Positions 8,305 to 17,964 of a stretch of DNA of 46,763 bases are shown piece by piece (the first letter of the stretch is position 1; every line of letters starts with the position of its first letter). The stretch spans positions 1 to 46,763 of the IMG/VR virus record IMGVR_UViG_3300005805_000140, one strand, 5' to 3'. The notes below the pieces were generated by a model. The model did no database searches and was not told the origin of the DNA. It saw only the letters and a list, made by a program, of their open reading frames with translations. The position numbers and the translations under genes were made by a program. Source of the DNA: a virus (taxonomy: Duplodnaviria; Caudoviricetes).

Positions 8305-9899
8305 TCAAATATCTACTAACATTTTTATTGTTTATATCTAGTGGACTGTTATCTGCCCAAGAGGTAACATCCACTGGAAATATTGTTGATCCTACTAAAT
8401 GGAATAATGTCATCTACATGAATGCCGGGCAGTTGAGTCAAGTAGAGGGTCAGGGCGGTGGCCCTATACCGGCATTCAATACCGATACTAATACCATACG
8501 ATTTAGTTTTATGCCCTATACGGTCAGCCAGATCATAGCAATCAATTCTGTATTGAGTGGTCAAGGCATTAGTGTCGGTGGTTTCAATTATAGTTGGAAG
8601 ATTTATAATGATTTAGAAAATTGCTGCGGTACTAGGGGTTCATTGTTTGTAAATGGCAGCTTAACAAATAAATCAGGACAGGTAATAGAATCATATTTCT
8701 ATGATTATAGCCTGACCAATACAGGTCCCGCTTTTCAAACTTTCACAGGCACAGAGACTTTCAAAAATCCTTATCAACTAAATTCATTAGGTGATATTTC
8801 TATATCATGGACGGGAAGTGATATGAATTTCTGGAGTGGTTATTATGGTCCTAGAGTGCGTGACACTTCATTGACTTTAAATTATACTGTAAGTCAGCCT
8901 GCTTCTAATACTACTCCCACTACAACCACCAATGCAACTACTGCCGCTTTAAATGAGATAATTGCAACAGCATCAGAACCTGTTGTCGCACCAACTACTG
9001 CGCAAACCGCGTCTGCTGATACAACTACACAGTCATCAACAACCTCTGCACCAACTACTGCATCCACGACAACAATGACAGCACCGGTATCTACAACTGC
9101 CGCTGTCGCAACAGTAGAAGTTACTAAAGAAAAATCCGTAACAGGGCCTTCACTATCTTCTATATTAACAAATATTAAAAATAATCAAGACAGACAGAAT
9201 GCTATCGCTATGGCTGCTGTAGCAGATTCAAATAATTTGGCTGCAAGTGTTGTACAACAAGCAGAAAAAACAGCGATGGATAGTGCTAATGCATCTGCGA
9301 CTAATTCTAATGTTGTTACCGGTGTAGGCTTTACATTATCTAGCGAGTCTAAAGTATTTCAGACAGCGAGAAATCTTTCTCCTATAACAACTACTATTTC
9401 AAATATGAACAACGGTAATGTATATGCACTAAGACCCGAAACAAGAAATACAGACTCAACATTTGATAGTCAATCGATATTTCAAGAAAACAAAGTGCAA
9501 CTATTAAAATCTCCTTCAAATGACACATTGTTCGGTAATTCAAATAGTGACAACATAAACAATTTTGGTATAGCATTCGGTAAGAGGGGTGATCCTATAC
9601 AAGATTATATTGAAGCCAGTAATCTTGCTTTCAATGAGATGAGAGCCGAACCTAAGGCTGTAGTAAGATCAAATATTCAAGACAATGATCTTGCAGGTGG
9701 TGTCAAGATTGAAAGAATGGCCGTAGTGCCTAATGGATTTAGTGCGTATAGTGCATTCATATTGACTAATATAGCATTCTATGAACCAAAAGAGATATAC
9801 AAAAACAATGTACCTAAAGACAATGTAAGAAGCATGTATTTCTTAGAGAAAGGTAATACTGATACTTTTAATAAAATGATAGAGGCGCAGTACAAATGA
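8301..9899 (+). CDS. Secreted protein with a Thr/Ala-rich linker
   Basis: Signal peptide MIKYLLTFLLFISSGLLSA; N-domain ending WSGYYGPRV; ATGA overlap with the upstream gene. Confidence 0.8.
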   Translation: MIKYLLTFLLFISSGLLSAQEVTSTGNIVDPTKWNNVIYMNAGQLSQVEGQGGGPIPAFNTDTNTIRFSFMPYTVSQIIAINSVLSGQGISVGGFNYSWKIYNDLENCCGTRGSLFVNGSLTNKSGQVIESYFYDYSLTNTGPAFQTFTGTETFKNPYQLNSLGDISISWTGSDMNFWSGYYGPRVRDTSLTLNYTVSQPASNTTPTTTTNATTAALNEIIATASEPVVAPTTAQTASADTTTQSSTTSAPTTASTTTMTAPVSTTAAVATVEVTKEKSVTGPSLSSILTNIKNNQDRQNAIAMAAVADSNNLAASVVQQAEKTAMDSANASATNSNVVTGVGFTLSSESKVFQTARNLSPITTTISNMNNGNVYALRPETRNTDSTFDSQSIFQENKVQLLKSPSNDTLFGNSNSDNINNFGIAFGKRGDPIQDYIEASNLAFNEMRAEPKAVVRSNIQDNDLAGGVKIERMAVVPNGFSAYSAFILTNIAFYEPKEIYKNNVPKDNVRSMYFLEKGNTDTFNKMIEAQYK

Positions 9900-10087
9900 G
9901 ACAGCCAAAATGGTATGAGGGTCTTGAATATAAAGACATGACAGCAGAACAAAAAGAAGAATATAAAAAGTGTAAGTGGGAAATCATATCAAATTATATG
10001 GGAGTACCAGTTACGAGTGCCGATAGTTTAAGACTACGCACACAAGCATTTTTAGAAGAGACCAGAACAACAAGCATCTGGGACTAA
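9896..10087 (+). CDS. Hypothetical protein
   Basis: ATGA overlap with the upstream gene; 63 aa. Confidence 0.6.
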   Translation: MRQPKWYEGLEYKDMTAEQKEEYKKCKWEIISNYMGVPVTSADSLRLRTQAFLEETRTTSIWD

Positions 10088-10101
10088 GGAGAAAATAGAA
10101 A

Positions 10102-10689
10102 ATGGCAAAGAATAAGAAAACAGATATTGACGCTAAAGTAGATGAACTTGAAGCGGCTAAGGAGAAATATCTAAGTGAGAATACAGTCATCAGCGTTGGT
10201 GGTTACAGTTTCACCCCTGCTAAATTGATGCTGGCTGCCGGTATTGTATCATCAGTACTAGGTGGTCTTTGGGGAGCCTTTGAGTTCTATAAAGACTATA
10301 TGAACATGAAAGATGCAATCGCTAATTATGTTAGCCCTGACTTGACTGCTATTGAGACACGATTGACTAAACTAGAAAAGAGCAATGAAGCATTAGTTAT
10401 CTTGGTTCAACAGAATCAAGATATGACCCGTGGGATCAGAAGTGATCTAAAAGCAGATATAGACCGTGTTGAGGCAGCAGTTGATGCAGCCGAGCGTAGA
10501 GGTCGTGAATTAGATCGTGATACTCGCGGTTTTGTAAACCAAAGCGATAAGCGTTTAGGTGATACTGAGCGCGACCTACAGAACAGAATCAGAGCCCTAG
10601 AACGTGAGTCAGACGCCAAATTGAAGGAACTTGAGAGAAAAGTAGACGATAAGATTAAGAAAGCATGGGAAAATCCATTGGCTAAATGA
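10102..10689 (+). CDS. Membrane-anchored coiled-coil protein
   Basis: AGGAG RBS; one TM segment (LMLAAGIVSSVLGGLWGAF) followed by a long heptad-rich region. Confidence 0.8.
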   Translation: MAKNKKTDIDAKVDELEAAKEKYLSENTVISVGGYSFTPAKLMLAAGIVSSVLGGLWGAFEFYKDYMNMKDAIANYVSPDLTAIETRLTKLEKSNEALVILVQQNQDMTRGIRSDLKADIDRVEAAVDAAERRGRELDRDTRGFVNQSDKRLGDTERDLQNRIRALERESDAKLKELERKVDDKIKKAWENPLAK

Positions 10690-10880
10690 TCGAAGTCTAT
10701 AAAGAATATCCTAGACGATATATAGTGACCAACAAGAATAAAATCTTGTTGGTTACCTATGATCATAGGACGGCAGAACGCATAGAATATGACCTTAAAA
10801 ATCATGATTATCCTGCGCATTATATGTTAAGAGTAGACAAAAGCACTAATACTAGTGGTTTAGTGTACAAGAGAACTTGA
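10686..10880 (+). CDS. Hypothetical protein
   Basis: ATGA overlap with the upstream gene; 64 aa. Confidence 0.6.
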   Translation: MIEVYKEYPRRYIVTNKNKILLVTYDHRTAERIEYDLKNHDYPAHYMLRVDKSTNTSGLVYKRT

Positions 10881-10882
10881 CG

Positions 10883-10889
10883 ATAAATA
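10883..10889 (+). promoter_or_regulatory. Late promoter-like ATAAATA
   Basis: 5 nt upstream of ATG 10895. Confidence 0.55.
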
Positions 10890-10894
10890 CTATA

Positions 10895-11410
10895 ATGCGA
10901 CATTACGAATTCATAACCGAGCGCAAGAAGAAAAAGCGCAGTAAAAAAGCCAAACTCAGCAGATATTTCTTCCCTGGGTTCGCTTACTATGGCGGTACAT
11001 CTGACTCGGGTGATATGGGTGGCGGAGATGGTGGCGGCGAAAGCATGTATGAAGATGCTGACACTGCTAGTGAAGTAGAAAAATTCAAGGATTGGGCGTG
11101 TAAGAGATTGCATATCAAGAAGCCACCCATGATTGAATTGAGCATGGATACAGAAGAAGCACAGACCAATCATCACACAGGTGGACATATCATAGGTGAC
11201 GATAAGATTTGGGTCTATGCTAAGAACCGTAATCTTGTAGACATATTGCGCACAGTATTTCATGAATTGGTTCATGTTCGCCAGGGTGAATTGAACATGG
11301 TTAATAGTGATGATAGTTATCCCGGCAGTGCTATCGAATCAATGGCAGATATGCTTGCAGGTAAGTATATCAAGATATATGGCAGGGAAAACAACAAGAT
11401 TTTCCAATAA
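10895..11410 (+). CDS. Zincin-like metallopeptidase (HExxH) with a CTS-like N-terminus
   Basis: TVFHELVHVRQ with a downstream E (IESMAD). The true start is probably ATG 10895 (MRHYEFITE). Confidence 0.75.
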   Translation: MRHYEFITERKKKKRSKKAKLSRYFFPGFAYYGGTSDSGDMGGGDGGGESMYEDADTASEVEKFKDWACKRLHIKKPPMIELSMDTEEAQTNHHTGGHIIGDDKIWVYAKNRNLVDILRTVFHELVHVRQGELNMVNSDDSYPGSAIESMADMLAGKYIKIYGRENNKIFQ

Positions 11411-11422
11411 GGAGAGAATAAA

Positions 11423-11728
11423 ATGGCTGTACAACAAAAATTAGTATTAAAAGTTCCAGAAGGTTCTACATATGTGAACTTGAATGATTGGGCTAAACTC
11501 ACATTACCGGAAGAAGAGTACCCTTTATTTGAGGCTGCACAAACAAGACAGACTGCATTCGTGAATGCTAAGGCTGTGTCTGTTGATTTCGAAGCAGGAA
11601 CAAACACTTTTGCAAATGAAAGTGACATGGAATCATGTTCAGGTGGTGACCCGGACTTTTTGAATTATTGGTATCGTTATCTAGTAGATACAGGAATCAC
11701 CGTTGAACAATCCGTAGAAACAGTATAA
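11423..11728 (+). CDS. Hypothetical protein
   Basis: AGGAG RBS; 101 aa. Confidence 0.7.
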   Translation: MAVQQKLVLKVPEGSTYVNLNDWAKLTLPEEEYPLFEAAQTRQTAFVNAKAVSVDFEAGTNTFANESDMESCSGGDPDFLNYWYRYLVDTGITVEQSVETV

Positions 11729-11736
11729 TATAACTA

Positions 11737-11765
11737 TTGACTTTTCCCGTTTTTTCTGTTAATCT
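11737..11765 (+). promoter_or_regulatory. Sigma70-type promoter (TTGACT-17-TAATCT, extended TG)
   Basis: Spacing counted by hand. Confidence 0.55.
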
Positions 11766-11771
11766 ATCACA

Positions 11772-12371
11772 ATGATCAGGTTACTGAAAAAACTACCCAG
11801 AAATCTTACAGTTGCGTTCAGCGGCGGCGTGGATAGCGTAGCCGCTGTTGACTTTCTAAGACGCAACCATGATGTGAGTTGTGCTTTCTTTCACCATCGC
11901 ACTCCTAATAGCGAACATGCTTATCAGTTCGTATCTTCATTCTGCGAATCCGAGAACATAAAATTGCATGTAGGATACATGAATGCTGCGAAGCCTTCTA
12001 AGAAGAGTTTAGAAGAACACTGGCGCGATGAGAGATACAAGTTTCTCAGTAAGTTTGATACTGTAGTGACCGCGCATCATCTCAACGACTGCATCGAAAC
12101 ATATCTATGGTCTAGCATCCACGGCGACGGCAAGATCATTCCTTATACACGCAAGAATGTCATCAGACCGTTCTTGTTGAATCCCAAGCAAGAACTCATC
12201 GATTGGTGCGAACGCAAGAATCTATTTTGGGTAGAAGACTACAGCAACGATGATGATAAATTCATGCGTAACTATATCAGGAAGCATGTGGTACCGCATG
12301 CTTATCATGTGAATCCTGGTATCGAAAAAGTAGTCAAAAGACTTATCTTAGATGCTAATAAGCCTCAGTAA
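11772..12371 (+). CDS. tilS: tRNA(Ile)-lysidine synthetase-like PP-loop ATPase (catalytic domain only)
   Basis: VAFSGGVDS, RDERY, TAHHLND, IRPFL, EDYSN...RNYIR. Confidence 0.85.
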   Translation: MIRLLKKLPRNLTVAFSGGVDSVAAVDFLRRNHDVSCAFFHHRTPNSEHAYQFVSSFCESENIKLHVGYMNAAKPSKKSLEEHWRDERYKFLSKFDTVVTAHHLNDCIETYLWSSIHGDGKIIPYTRKNVIRPFLLNPKQELIDWCERKNLFWVEDYSNDDDKFMRNYIRKHVVPHAYHVNPGIEKVVKRLILDANKPQ

Positions 12372-12609
12372 AAATAAATGGCTTTATGATTGGATGCAGG
12401 ATAAATGGTATGATGAGGTCATGCCTATATTTTATGATGCAGCCGGTAGCGATTTCCCATATATACCCGATACTAAACCGTTATATCAAAAACTAGCCAC
12501 ATTGTTATCATCCAAGGGATACAAATCTAAAACCACTAAAGATGGTAAAGATTTATTGGTATTCATTCCTGACGAAGAATATACTTTTAATAAGATCAAA
12601 TACTCTTAA
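12352..12609 (+). CDS. Hypothetical protein
   Basis: ORF track, 85 aa, overlaps the tilS end. Confidence 0.6.
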   Translation: MLISLSKNKWLYDWMQDKWYDEVMPIFYDAAGSDFPYIPDTKPLYQKLATLLSSKGYKSKTTKDGKDLLVFIPDEEYTFNKIKYS

Positions 12610-12652
12610 AATGGGCAAACGCCCAATAATGTAAATTCCCTTCGTAAAATGT

Positions 12653-12681
12653 TTGACTTATTTGCACGGTTCGTATATACT
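12653..12681 (+). promoter_or_regulatory. Sigma70-type promoter (TTGACT-17-TATACT)
   Basis: Near-consensus hexamers with 17-nt spacing. Confidence 0.7.
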
Positions 12682-12709
12682 TGTTCTTTACTTGTACACA
12701 GGAGATTTT

Positions 12710-12970
12710 ATGTCCAGTAGAACTTTCAATAACGAAGCAAAGATCAAACTCACCCAACTCATCAATGAGGGCATGGCTGTCATGCAAGAAGTTGAGACTT
12801 TGCAAGAGGGACTTTCAGACACCGTGAAGGCCATCGCCGATGAACTTGAGGTCAAGCCCAGCATTCTCAAGAAGGCTATCCGTGTCGCTTATAAGTCACG
12901 ATTGGGCGAGACTAATAAAGAAAACGAAGAACTTAACACTATCCTAGAGACTGTCGGTAAGACTCTGTAA
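12710..12970 (+). CDS. Small dsDNA-binding protein (T4 DsbA/GapR-like)
   Basis: AGGAG RBS before ATG 12710; helical ...DTVKAIADELEVKPSILKKAIRVAYK pattern. Confidence 0.6.
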   Translation: MSSRTFNNEAKIKLTQLINEGMAVMQEVETLQEGLSDTVKAIADELEVKPSILKKAIRVAYKSRLGETNKENEELNTILETVGKTL

Positions 12971-13054
12971 TTTGGGTAAGCGTTAGTTGCAACGCATACC
13001 CGAATCTGTTATTATAACAATATGTTCAACTTACCCTGAGGTTCGGGTATGCGT
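12971..13054 (+). promoter_or_regulatory. Promoter (TTGCAA-17-TATTAT) embedded in four copies of a GGGTA(A/T)GCGT motif
   Basis: 12992-13004 ACGCATACCCGAA is the exact reverse complement of 13042-13054. Further copies at 12971-12984 and 13030-13036. Confidence 0.6.
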
Positions 13055-14548
13055 AATTTATCGGTCAGTCTAGCAGTCAGTATTCTTGTCGCGGGTTGCG
13101 GTGGGGGAGGCTCTGAAAGCCCTAATAGTTCAGCCTCTTCGGCGCCGGTGCAGCAACCTGCAGTATCCATAAAAGATCCACTTACAATCTTTACCGGATC
13201 GTCATATGATGCAGGAGACGGTGGTCTAAACCCAAGATGGGTGTTAGGGGACTTTAACAGAGATGGGCTGAAGGACATATTTCTACGATACGACCCAGAG
13301 TCTGCTTTTTCTGCTAGTATCAGTGGTACATCACCTGTACGATTCTTTCTAGCCCAGGGTCAAGGCGGTTTTGAACAAAATACCTCGATATTCCCCGAAG
13401 GCTTCAGTCCGGTATTAGTAAACAGAATCATCATTAATGACTTCAATGGCGATAGTGGGCAAGATATATTGATTGCCACTGCAGGACAGGATCCATATAT
13501 TAACGGACTACCTGCCCAGACCGGATACACCGGTGAGCATACTCAGGTGTTAACTTATACGCCAAACGGATATAAGTTATCAAAAATCAATAATAATCAA
13601 ACCGCATTTGCTCATCATGCTAGTTCAGCAGACATCAACGGCGACTATTTACCGGATGCGTTTGTCTCATCTCTGGTATTCTCAAGTCCCTTTTTTATCA
13701 TGGGTAGCAGTAGTGGTAGTTATCATGCTGATACTACTAGATTTCCTAAAAATGTTTTCGGTGCGCACAAAAATATCCTAGAACGATTTCCTGATAATAC
13801 AAATAAGATATGGGAAAACTTTCTATTCACTTCTAGCACATTTATCGATGCGAATAATGACGGGCATCAAGATATTGCATTGATGGCTATGTCCGGAACT
13901 AAAACTAGCGTAATAATGCTAAATGATGGCTCTGGAAATTTTTCTCCTTCTAGAATGATAGAACTTCCCGTAGGTCCATACGGCGCAGGTTTTTCTTTTA
14001 GAAAAAATCAATCTTCTAGTAAATATTCAGAGGTAGGTACTATACATCTAGATACCATTACAGCGGATATTAACAATGATGGCAAGAAAGATATCATTTC
14101 GTTGACTACTTCAGCCAATGAAATTGAGAATGATGTCATCTACTATCGCGGAACTAAACTACAATTTCTTATTAACACAGGTAATGGATTTGTAGACGAA
14201 ACAAAAGCCAGAACTAGTTTTGTTCACGCTGCTAATAAAAATTACACGCATTATGATACCCTAGAGTATTCGGATGTTAACAATGATAAATGTATAGATA
14301 TATTGTTACATAGAGCTCAAGTAAATCATAATGATACTGCGATGCCTACTAAAATTTTATTAAATGATTGCAAGGGCAACTTCAATGAAGTAGAATATCC
14401 AAAAAGTATTCCTGTAGGTATACTGACAGTTTTGGATAATAATAACTACGCTATTCTAGTTAGCCAGAAAAATGGTAAAACATATACGCAGAGGGTAGAT
14501 CATGTTCGGTTCGACTGGTCATCTGGAAAAAGTCTTTTCAACAGATAA
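13049..14548 (+). CDS. Lipoprotein with FG-GAP/VCBS repeats
   Basis: Lipobox LVAGC followed by GGGGS; repeated DFNRDGLKD, DFNGDSGQD, DINGDYLPD, DANNDGHQD, DINNDGKKD. Confidence 0.85.
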   Translation: MRNLSVSLAVSILVAGCGGGGSESPNSSASSAPVQQPAVSIKDPLTIFTGSSYDAGDGGLNPRWVLGDFNRDGLKDIFLRYDPESAFSASISGTSPVRFFLAQGQGGFEQNTSIFPEGFSPVLVNRIIINDFNGDSGQDILIATAGQDPYINGLPAQTGYTGEHTQVLTYTPNGYKLSKINNNQTAFAHHASSADINGDYLPDAFVSSLVFSSPFFIMGSSSGSYHADTTRFPKNVFGAHKNILERFPDNTNKIWENFLFTSSTFIDANNDGHQDIALMAMSGTKTSVIMLNDGSGNFSPSRMIELPVGPYGAGFSFRKNQSSSKYSEVGTIHLDTITADINNDGKKDIISLTTSANEIENDVIYYRGTKLQFLINTGNGFVDETKARTSFVHAANKNYTHYDTLEYSDVNNDKCIDILLHRAQVNHNDTAMPTKILLNDCKGNFNEVEYPKSIPVGILTVLDNNNYAILVSQKNGKTYTQRVDHVRFDWSSGKSLFNR

Positions 14549-14559
14549 AGGAATGTTTA

Positions 14560-15186
14560 GTGCCTAGACTTGTTGTGTTTGGATGTTCTTTTGTGTATGG
14601 CCATGGACTGGAAGATTGTTTCGCCCCACCATTAGGACATGGAAACGAACCTAGTAGGCAAGGTTGGCCTGACATTTTAGCAAAAAAATTAGGGTATGAG
14701 TGTGTGAATTATTCATATCCTGGATCCGGTAACTTTGAAATATTGATCAAAGTATTACAAACTGCATTTAAAAAAGACGACTTAGTTGTTATTGCATTTT
14801 CATATTTTGAAAGATTTGAGCGATACCAACTCATAGACTATCAAGGTAATGGGAGTGTCATTTCAAAAAATTATAAGCAACACTTTAAGTTAGTAGATCA
14901 GATAGGCAGAGAAAACTATAATGCAAAAAATTATTGGGACAACTGGCTAGCGATACAACACTGTGAACTTTTTTTAAACAGTAATAATATAAAAAATTAT
15001 AGTTATTTGGGAATAATGCCGGCTAATGCACATAGTATTCCTATACCAAAATTTATTACCTTGAATAATTTTTGGAATGATATGCAGTTGGTATTCATAG
15101 ATAGGGCTTTGGACAACATACATCCAGGAAAGGAAAGTCACAGGTTGCAAGCAGAACTAATATATAGTAAAATACAAAACACATGA
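14560..15186 (+). CDS. SGNH/GDSL hydrolase-like protein
   Basis: FGCSFVYG, N.SYPGSGN and C-terminal DNIHP. Confidence 0.7.
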   Translation: MPRLVVFGCSFVYGHGLEDCFAPPLGHGNEPSRQGWPDILAKKLGYECVNYSYPGSGNFEILIKVLQTAFKKDDLVVIAFSYFERFERYQLIDYQGNGSVISKNYKQHFKLVDQIGRENYNAKNYWDNWLAIQHCELFLNSNNIKNYSYLGIMPANAHSIPIPKFITLNNFWNDMQLVFIDRALDNIHPGKESHRLQAELIYSKIQNT

Positions 15187-17888
15187 GTTATATAGACGCC
15201 ATTCACGATAGGGACAGTGATCGAATATTTGTCGTAGAGCGACAGCCTGACGGCAAGCGAACATACAACGAGTTTCCTGCAAATTATACTTTCTACTATA
15301 CTGATAATAAAGGTAAGTATCGCAGCATTTATGGCGATGCGCTTTCTCGCTTCAGCACAAGGAAGCGCAGCGAGTTTGAAAAAGAAAAACGAATCCACAG
15401 CAATAAGAAACTGTTTGAATCGGACATCAATGTAGTGTTCCGCTGTTTGAGTGAAAACTACTTAAACTGTGAGCCTCCAAAACTCCATACATGTTTCTTT
15501 GACATTGAGGTAGACTTTGACCCTGAGAAGGGATTCAGCCCCACATCGGATCCCTTCAATCCGGTCACGGCTATCTCAATGTACTTGGATTGGCAAGATA
15601 CACTTGTCACGCTAGCTATCCCGCCCAAACACATGAGCGATGAGACTGCTCAAGACCTCACTAAAGATTTTGAGAATACGATCTTGTTCCGTAGCGAGAT
15701 TGAGATGTTTGAGACATTCTTTGAATTGATCAAAGATGCAGACATTCTAACTGGCTGGAACTCAGAAGGATACGATATTCCATATATGGTCAATCGTGTG
15801 ACGAGGGTGATGAGCAAAGACGATACACGCAAATTCTGTTTGCTTGGTCAGATGCCTAAACCGCGAGTCTATGAGAGATTCGGTAAGGAAGAGACTACAT
15901 TCGACTTAGTTGGTCGCGTACATATGGACTATCTACAGTTGTATAAGAAGTACAACTATGAATCAAGGCACAGTTATAGCCTTGATGCTATCGGTGAGAT
16001 GGAAGTCGGCGAGCGCAAGACGCAATACGAAGGTACATTGGATCAATTGTATAACAAGGACTTCAAAACATTCCTTGAGTATAATAGACAGGATACGATG
16101 TTGCTTGTGAAGATTCACAACAAACTCAAGTTCCTTGATCTTGCTAACGCACTAGCACATGAGAATACTGTATTGTTGCCAACTGTCATGGGTTCGGTGG
16201 CTATGATTGAGATGGCAGTCATGAACGAAGCGCATGAGCGAGGCATGATGGTTCCTGACAAGAAAAAGAACAGCAGCGACGGTGAGATGGCAGCGGCAGG
16301 CGCATATGTCGCTGTGCCAAAGAAAGGCATACATGAATGGGTAGGCGCAGTTGACATCAACAGTCTGTATCCGTCGGCGATCCGCACACTCAACATGGCT
16401 CCAGAGACTATCGTAGCGCAGGTTCGTCAGACATTGACTGAGCAGTATCTTACTGACAAGGCAAGAAAACTTGCCAGCGAAAAGAAACGATACAACGAAG
16501 ATGACGAAGTTGAGATGAGTTCGTTGCTTTGGGAAGGATTGTTCGGCACATTAGAGTACGAAGCCATCATGAAACAAGAGCGCGGCACTATGCTCACAGT
16601 TGACTTTGAGAATGGTGAAAGCGTAGAGATGAGCGCAGCCGAAGTCTGGAAGTTGATCTTTGATAGCAATAAGCCATATATCTTAAGTGCTAATGGTACG
16701 ATCTTCCGTAGCGATACTGAGGGCGTGATTCCAGGTCTATTGACTCGCTGGTATAGTGATCGTAAAGACATGCAGAAGAAACTCAAAGAATCAAAGACGA
16801 AAGAAGATATCGAATATTGGGATAAGCGTCAGTTGGTTCGTAAGATTTTGCTTAACAGTGCATACGGCGCACTATTGAACGAGCATTGCCGTTTCTATGA
16901 TAAGCGTATCGGTCAAAGTGTAACATTGAGCGGGCGCCAGATCGTCAAGCACATGAGTGCGCAGATCAACGAAGTTGTCACTGGTAAGTATGATTTCTAT
17001 GGCGATGCTATCGTTTATGGTGATACTGACTCATGTTATTTCACAGCATGGCCCATACTCAAAGAACAAGTGGATAGAGGTGAGATGGAGTTCACTAAAG
17101 AACTTTGCGTACAACTCTATGACAATATCGCAGAACAAGCAAATGAGAGTTTTCCCAGTTTCATGGAACGAGCATTCCATGTCCCACGCAAGATGTGCGT
17201 GATCAAGGCTGGTCGTGAACTGATTGGTGATCGTAGTTTGTTCATCACAAAGAAAAGATATGCTGTAAACATCTTTGACAAAGAAGGCAAGCGCCTCGAC
17301 AAAGATGGTAAACTAGGCAAGATCAAGGCTATGGGTCTTGACTTGAAACGAGCAGATACTCCAAGATATGTTCAAGACTTCTTGTTTGAAGTCTTAGAGA
17401 TGGTCCTTCACGGTAAGTCCAGAGAGGATGTCATCGAACGCATCAAGCAATTCAAGATCGAACTTGGAAAGCAAGATAGTTGGACTAAGGGCAGTCCTAA
17501 ATCTGTCAATAACTTGACGATGTACGGCGACTTAGAAGCCAATAGCAAGACTGGCAAAGCAAACATGCCGGGACATGTTCGCGCAGCATTGAATTGGAAC
17601 TATCTGCGCAGAGCAAACAGCGACAACTATAGCATGAAGATGGTTGACGGTATGAAGGTCATCGTATGCAAACTCAAGCCTAACCCAATTGGCTTTACTA
17701 GTATCGCTTACCCAACTGATGAATTAAGACTTCCAACTTGGTTCACAGAACTTCCATTTGATGATAGTGCAATGGAAGCAACATTAGTGGACAAGAAGAT
17801 TGATAACCTTCTTGGTGTATTGAATTGGGATCTCAAAGACAGTACTGATACAAATTCTACATTTGATGACTTGTTCAATTTCGGTTAA
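15183..17888 (+). CDS. Family B DNA polymerase (T4 gp43-like)
   Basis: Exo motifs FFDIEVD, GWNSEGYD, YNRQD; pol motifs DINSLYPS, KILLNSAYG, YGDTDS, KKRY. No intein or intron seen. Confidence 0.97.
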   Translation: MSYIDAIHDRDSDRIFVVERQPDGKRTYNEFPANYTFYYTDNKGKYRSIYGDALSRFSTRKRSEFEKEKRIHSNKKLFESDINVVFRCLSENYLNCEPPKLHTCFFDIEVDFDPEKGFSPTSDPFNPVTAISMYLDWQDTLVTLAIPPKHMSDETAQDLTKDFENTILFRSEIEMFETFFELIKDADILTGWNSEGYDIPYMVNRVTRVMSKDDTRKFCLLGQMPKPRVYERFGKEETTFDLVGRVHMDYLQLYKKYNYESRHSYSLDAIGEMEVGERKTQYEGTLDQLYNKDFKTFLEYNRQDTMLLVKIHNKLKFLDLANALAHENTVLLPTVMGSVAMIEMAVMNEAHERGMMVPDKKKNSSDGEMAAAGAYVAVPKKGIHEWVGAVDINSLYPSAIRTLNMAPETIVAQVRQTLTEQYLTDKARKLASEKKRYNEDDEVEMSSLLWEGLFGTLEYEAIMKQERGTMLTVDFENGESVEMSAAEVWKLIFDSNKPYILSANGTIFRSDTEGVIPGLLTRWYSDRKDMQKKLKESKTKEDIEYWDKRQLVRKILLNSAYGALLNEHCRFYDKRIGQSVTLSGRQIVKHMSAQINEVVTGKYDFYGDAIVYGDTDSCYFTAWPILKEQVDRGEMEFTKELCVQLYDNIAEQANESFPSFMERAFHVPRKMCVIKAGRELIGDRSLFITKKRYAVNIFDKEGKRLDKDGKLGKIKAMGLDLKRADTPRYVQDFLFEVLEMVLHGKSREDVIERIKQFKIELGKQDSWTKGSPKSVNNLTMYGDLEANSKTGKANMPGHVRAALNWNYLRRANSDNYSMKMVDGMKVIVCKLKPNPIGFTSIAYPTDELRLPTWFTELPFDDSAMEATLVDKKIDNLLGVLNWDLKDSTDTNSTFDDLFNFG

Positions 17889-17895
17889 ACAAAAC

Positions 17896-17924
17896 TTGAC
17901 TTGCACAATAAAATCCACTATTAT
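17896..17924 (+). promoter_or_regulatory. Sigma70-type promoter (TTGACT-17-TATTAT); late-like TAAATA follows at 17941-17946
   Basis: Hexamers and spacing read directly. Confidence 0.55.
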
Positions 17925-17964
17925 ACACTATAGGTATTCCTAAATAACTTACGAGAGGCAAAAC

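Noticed and set aside
11772-12371. The PP-loop protein as the missing QueC
   Set aside because: It has TilS motifs (TAHH.ND, RP.L, D.SN, RN.IR) and lacks the QueC C-terminal Zn-binding Cys cluster.
15183-17888. Intein or intron in the DNA polymerase
   Set aside because: Continuous 901-aa ORF with all motifs in order and no splicing or homing-endonuclease signatures.
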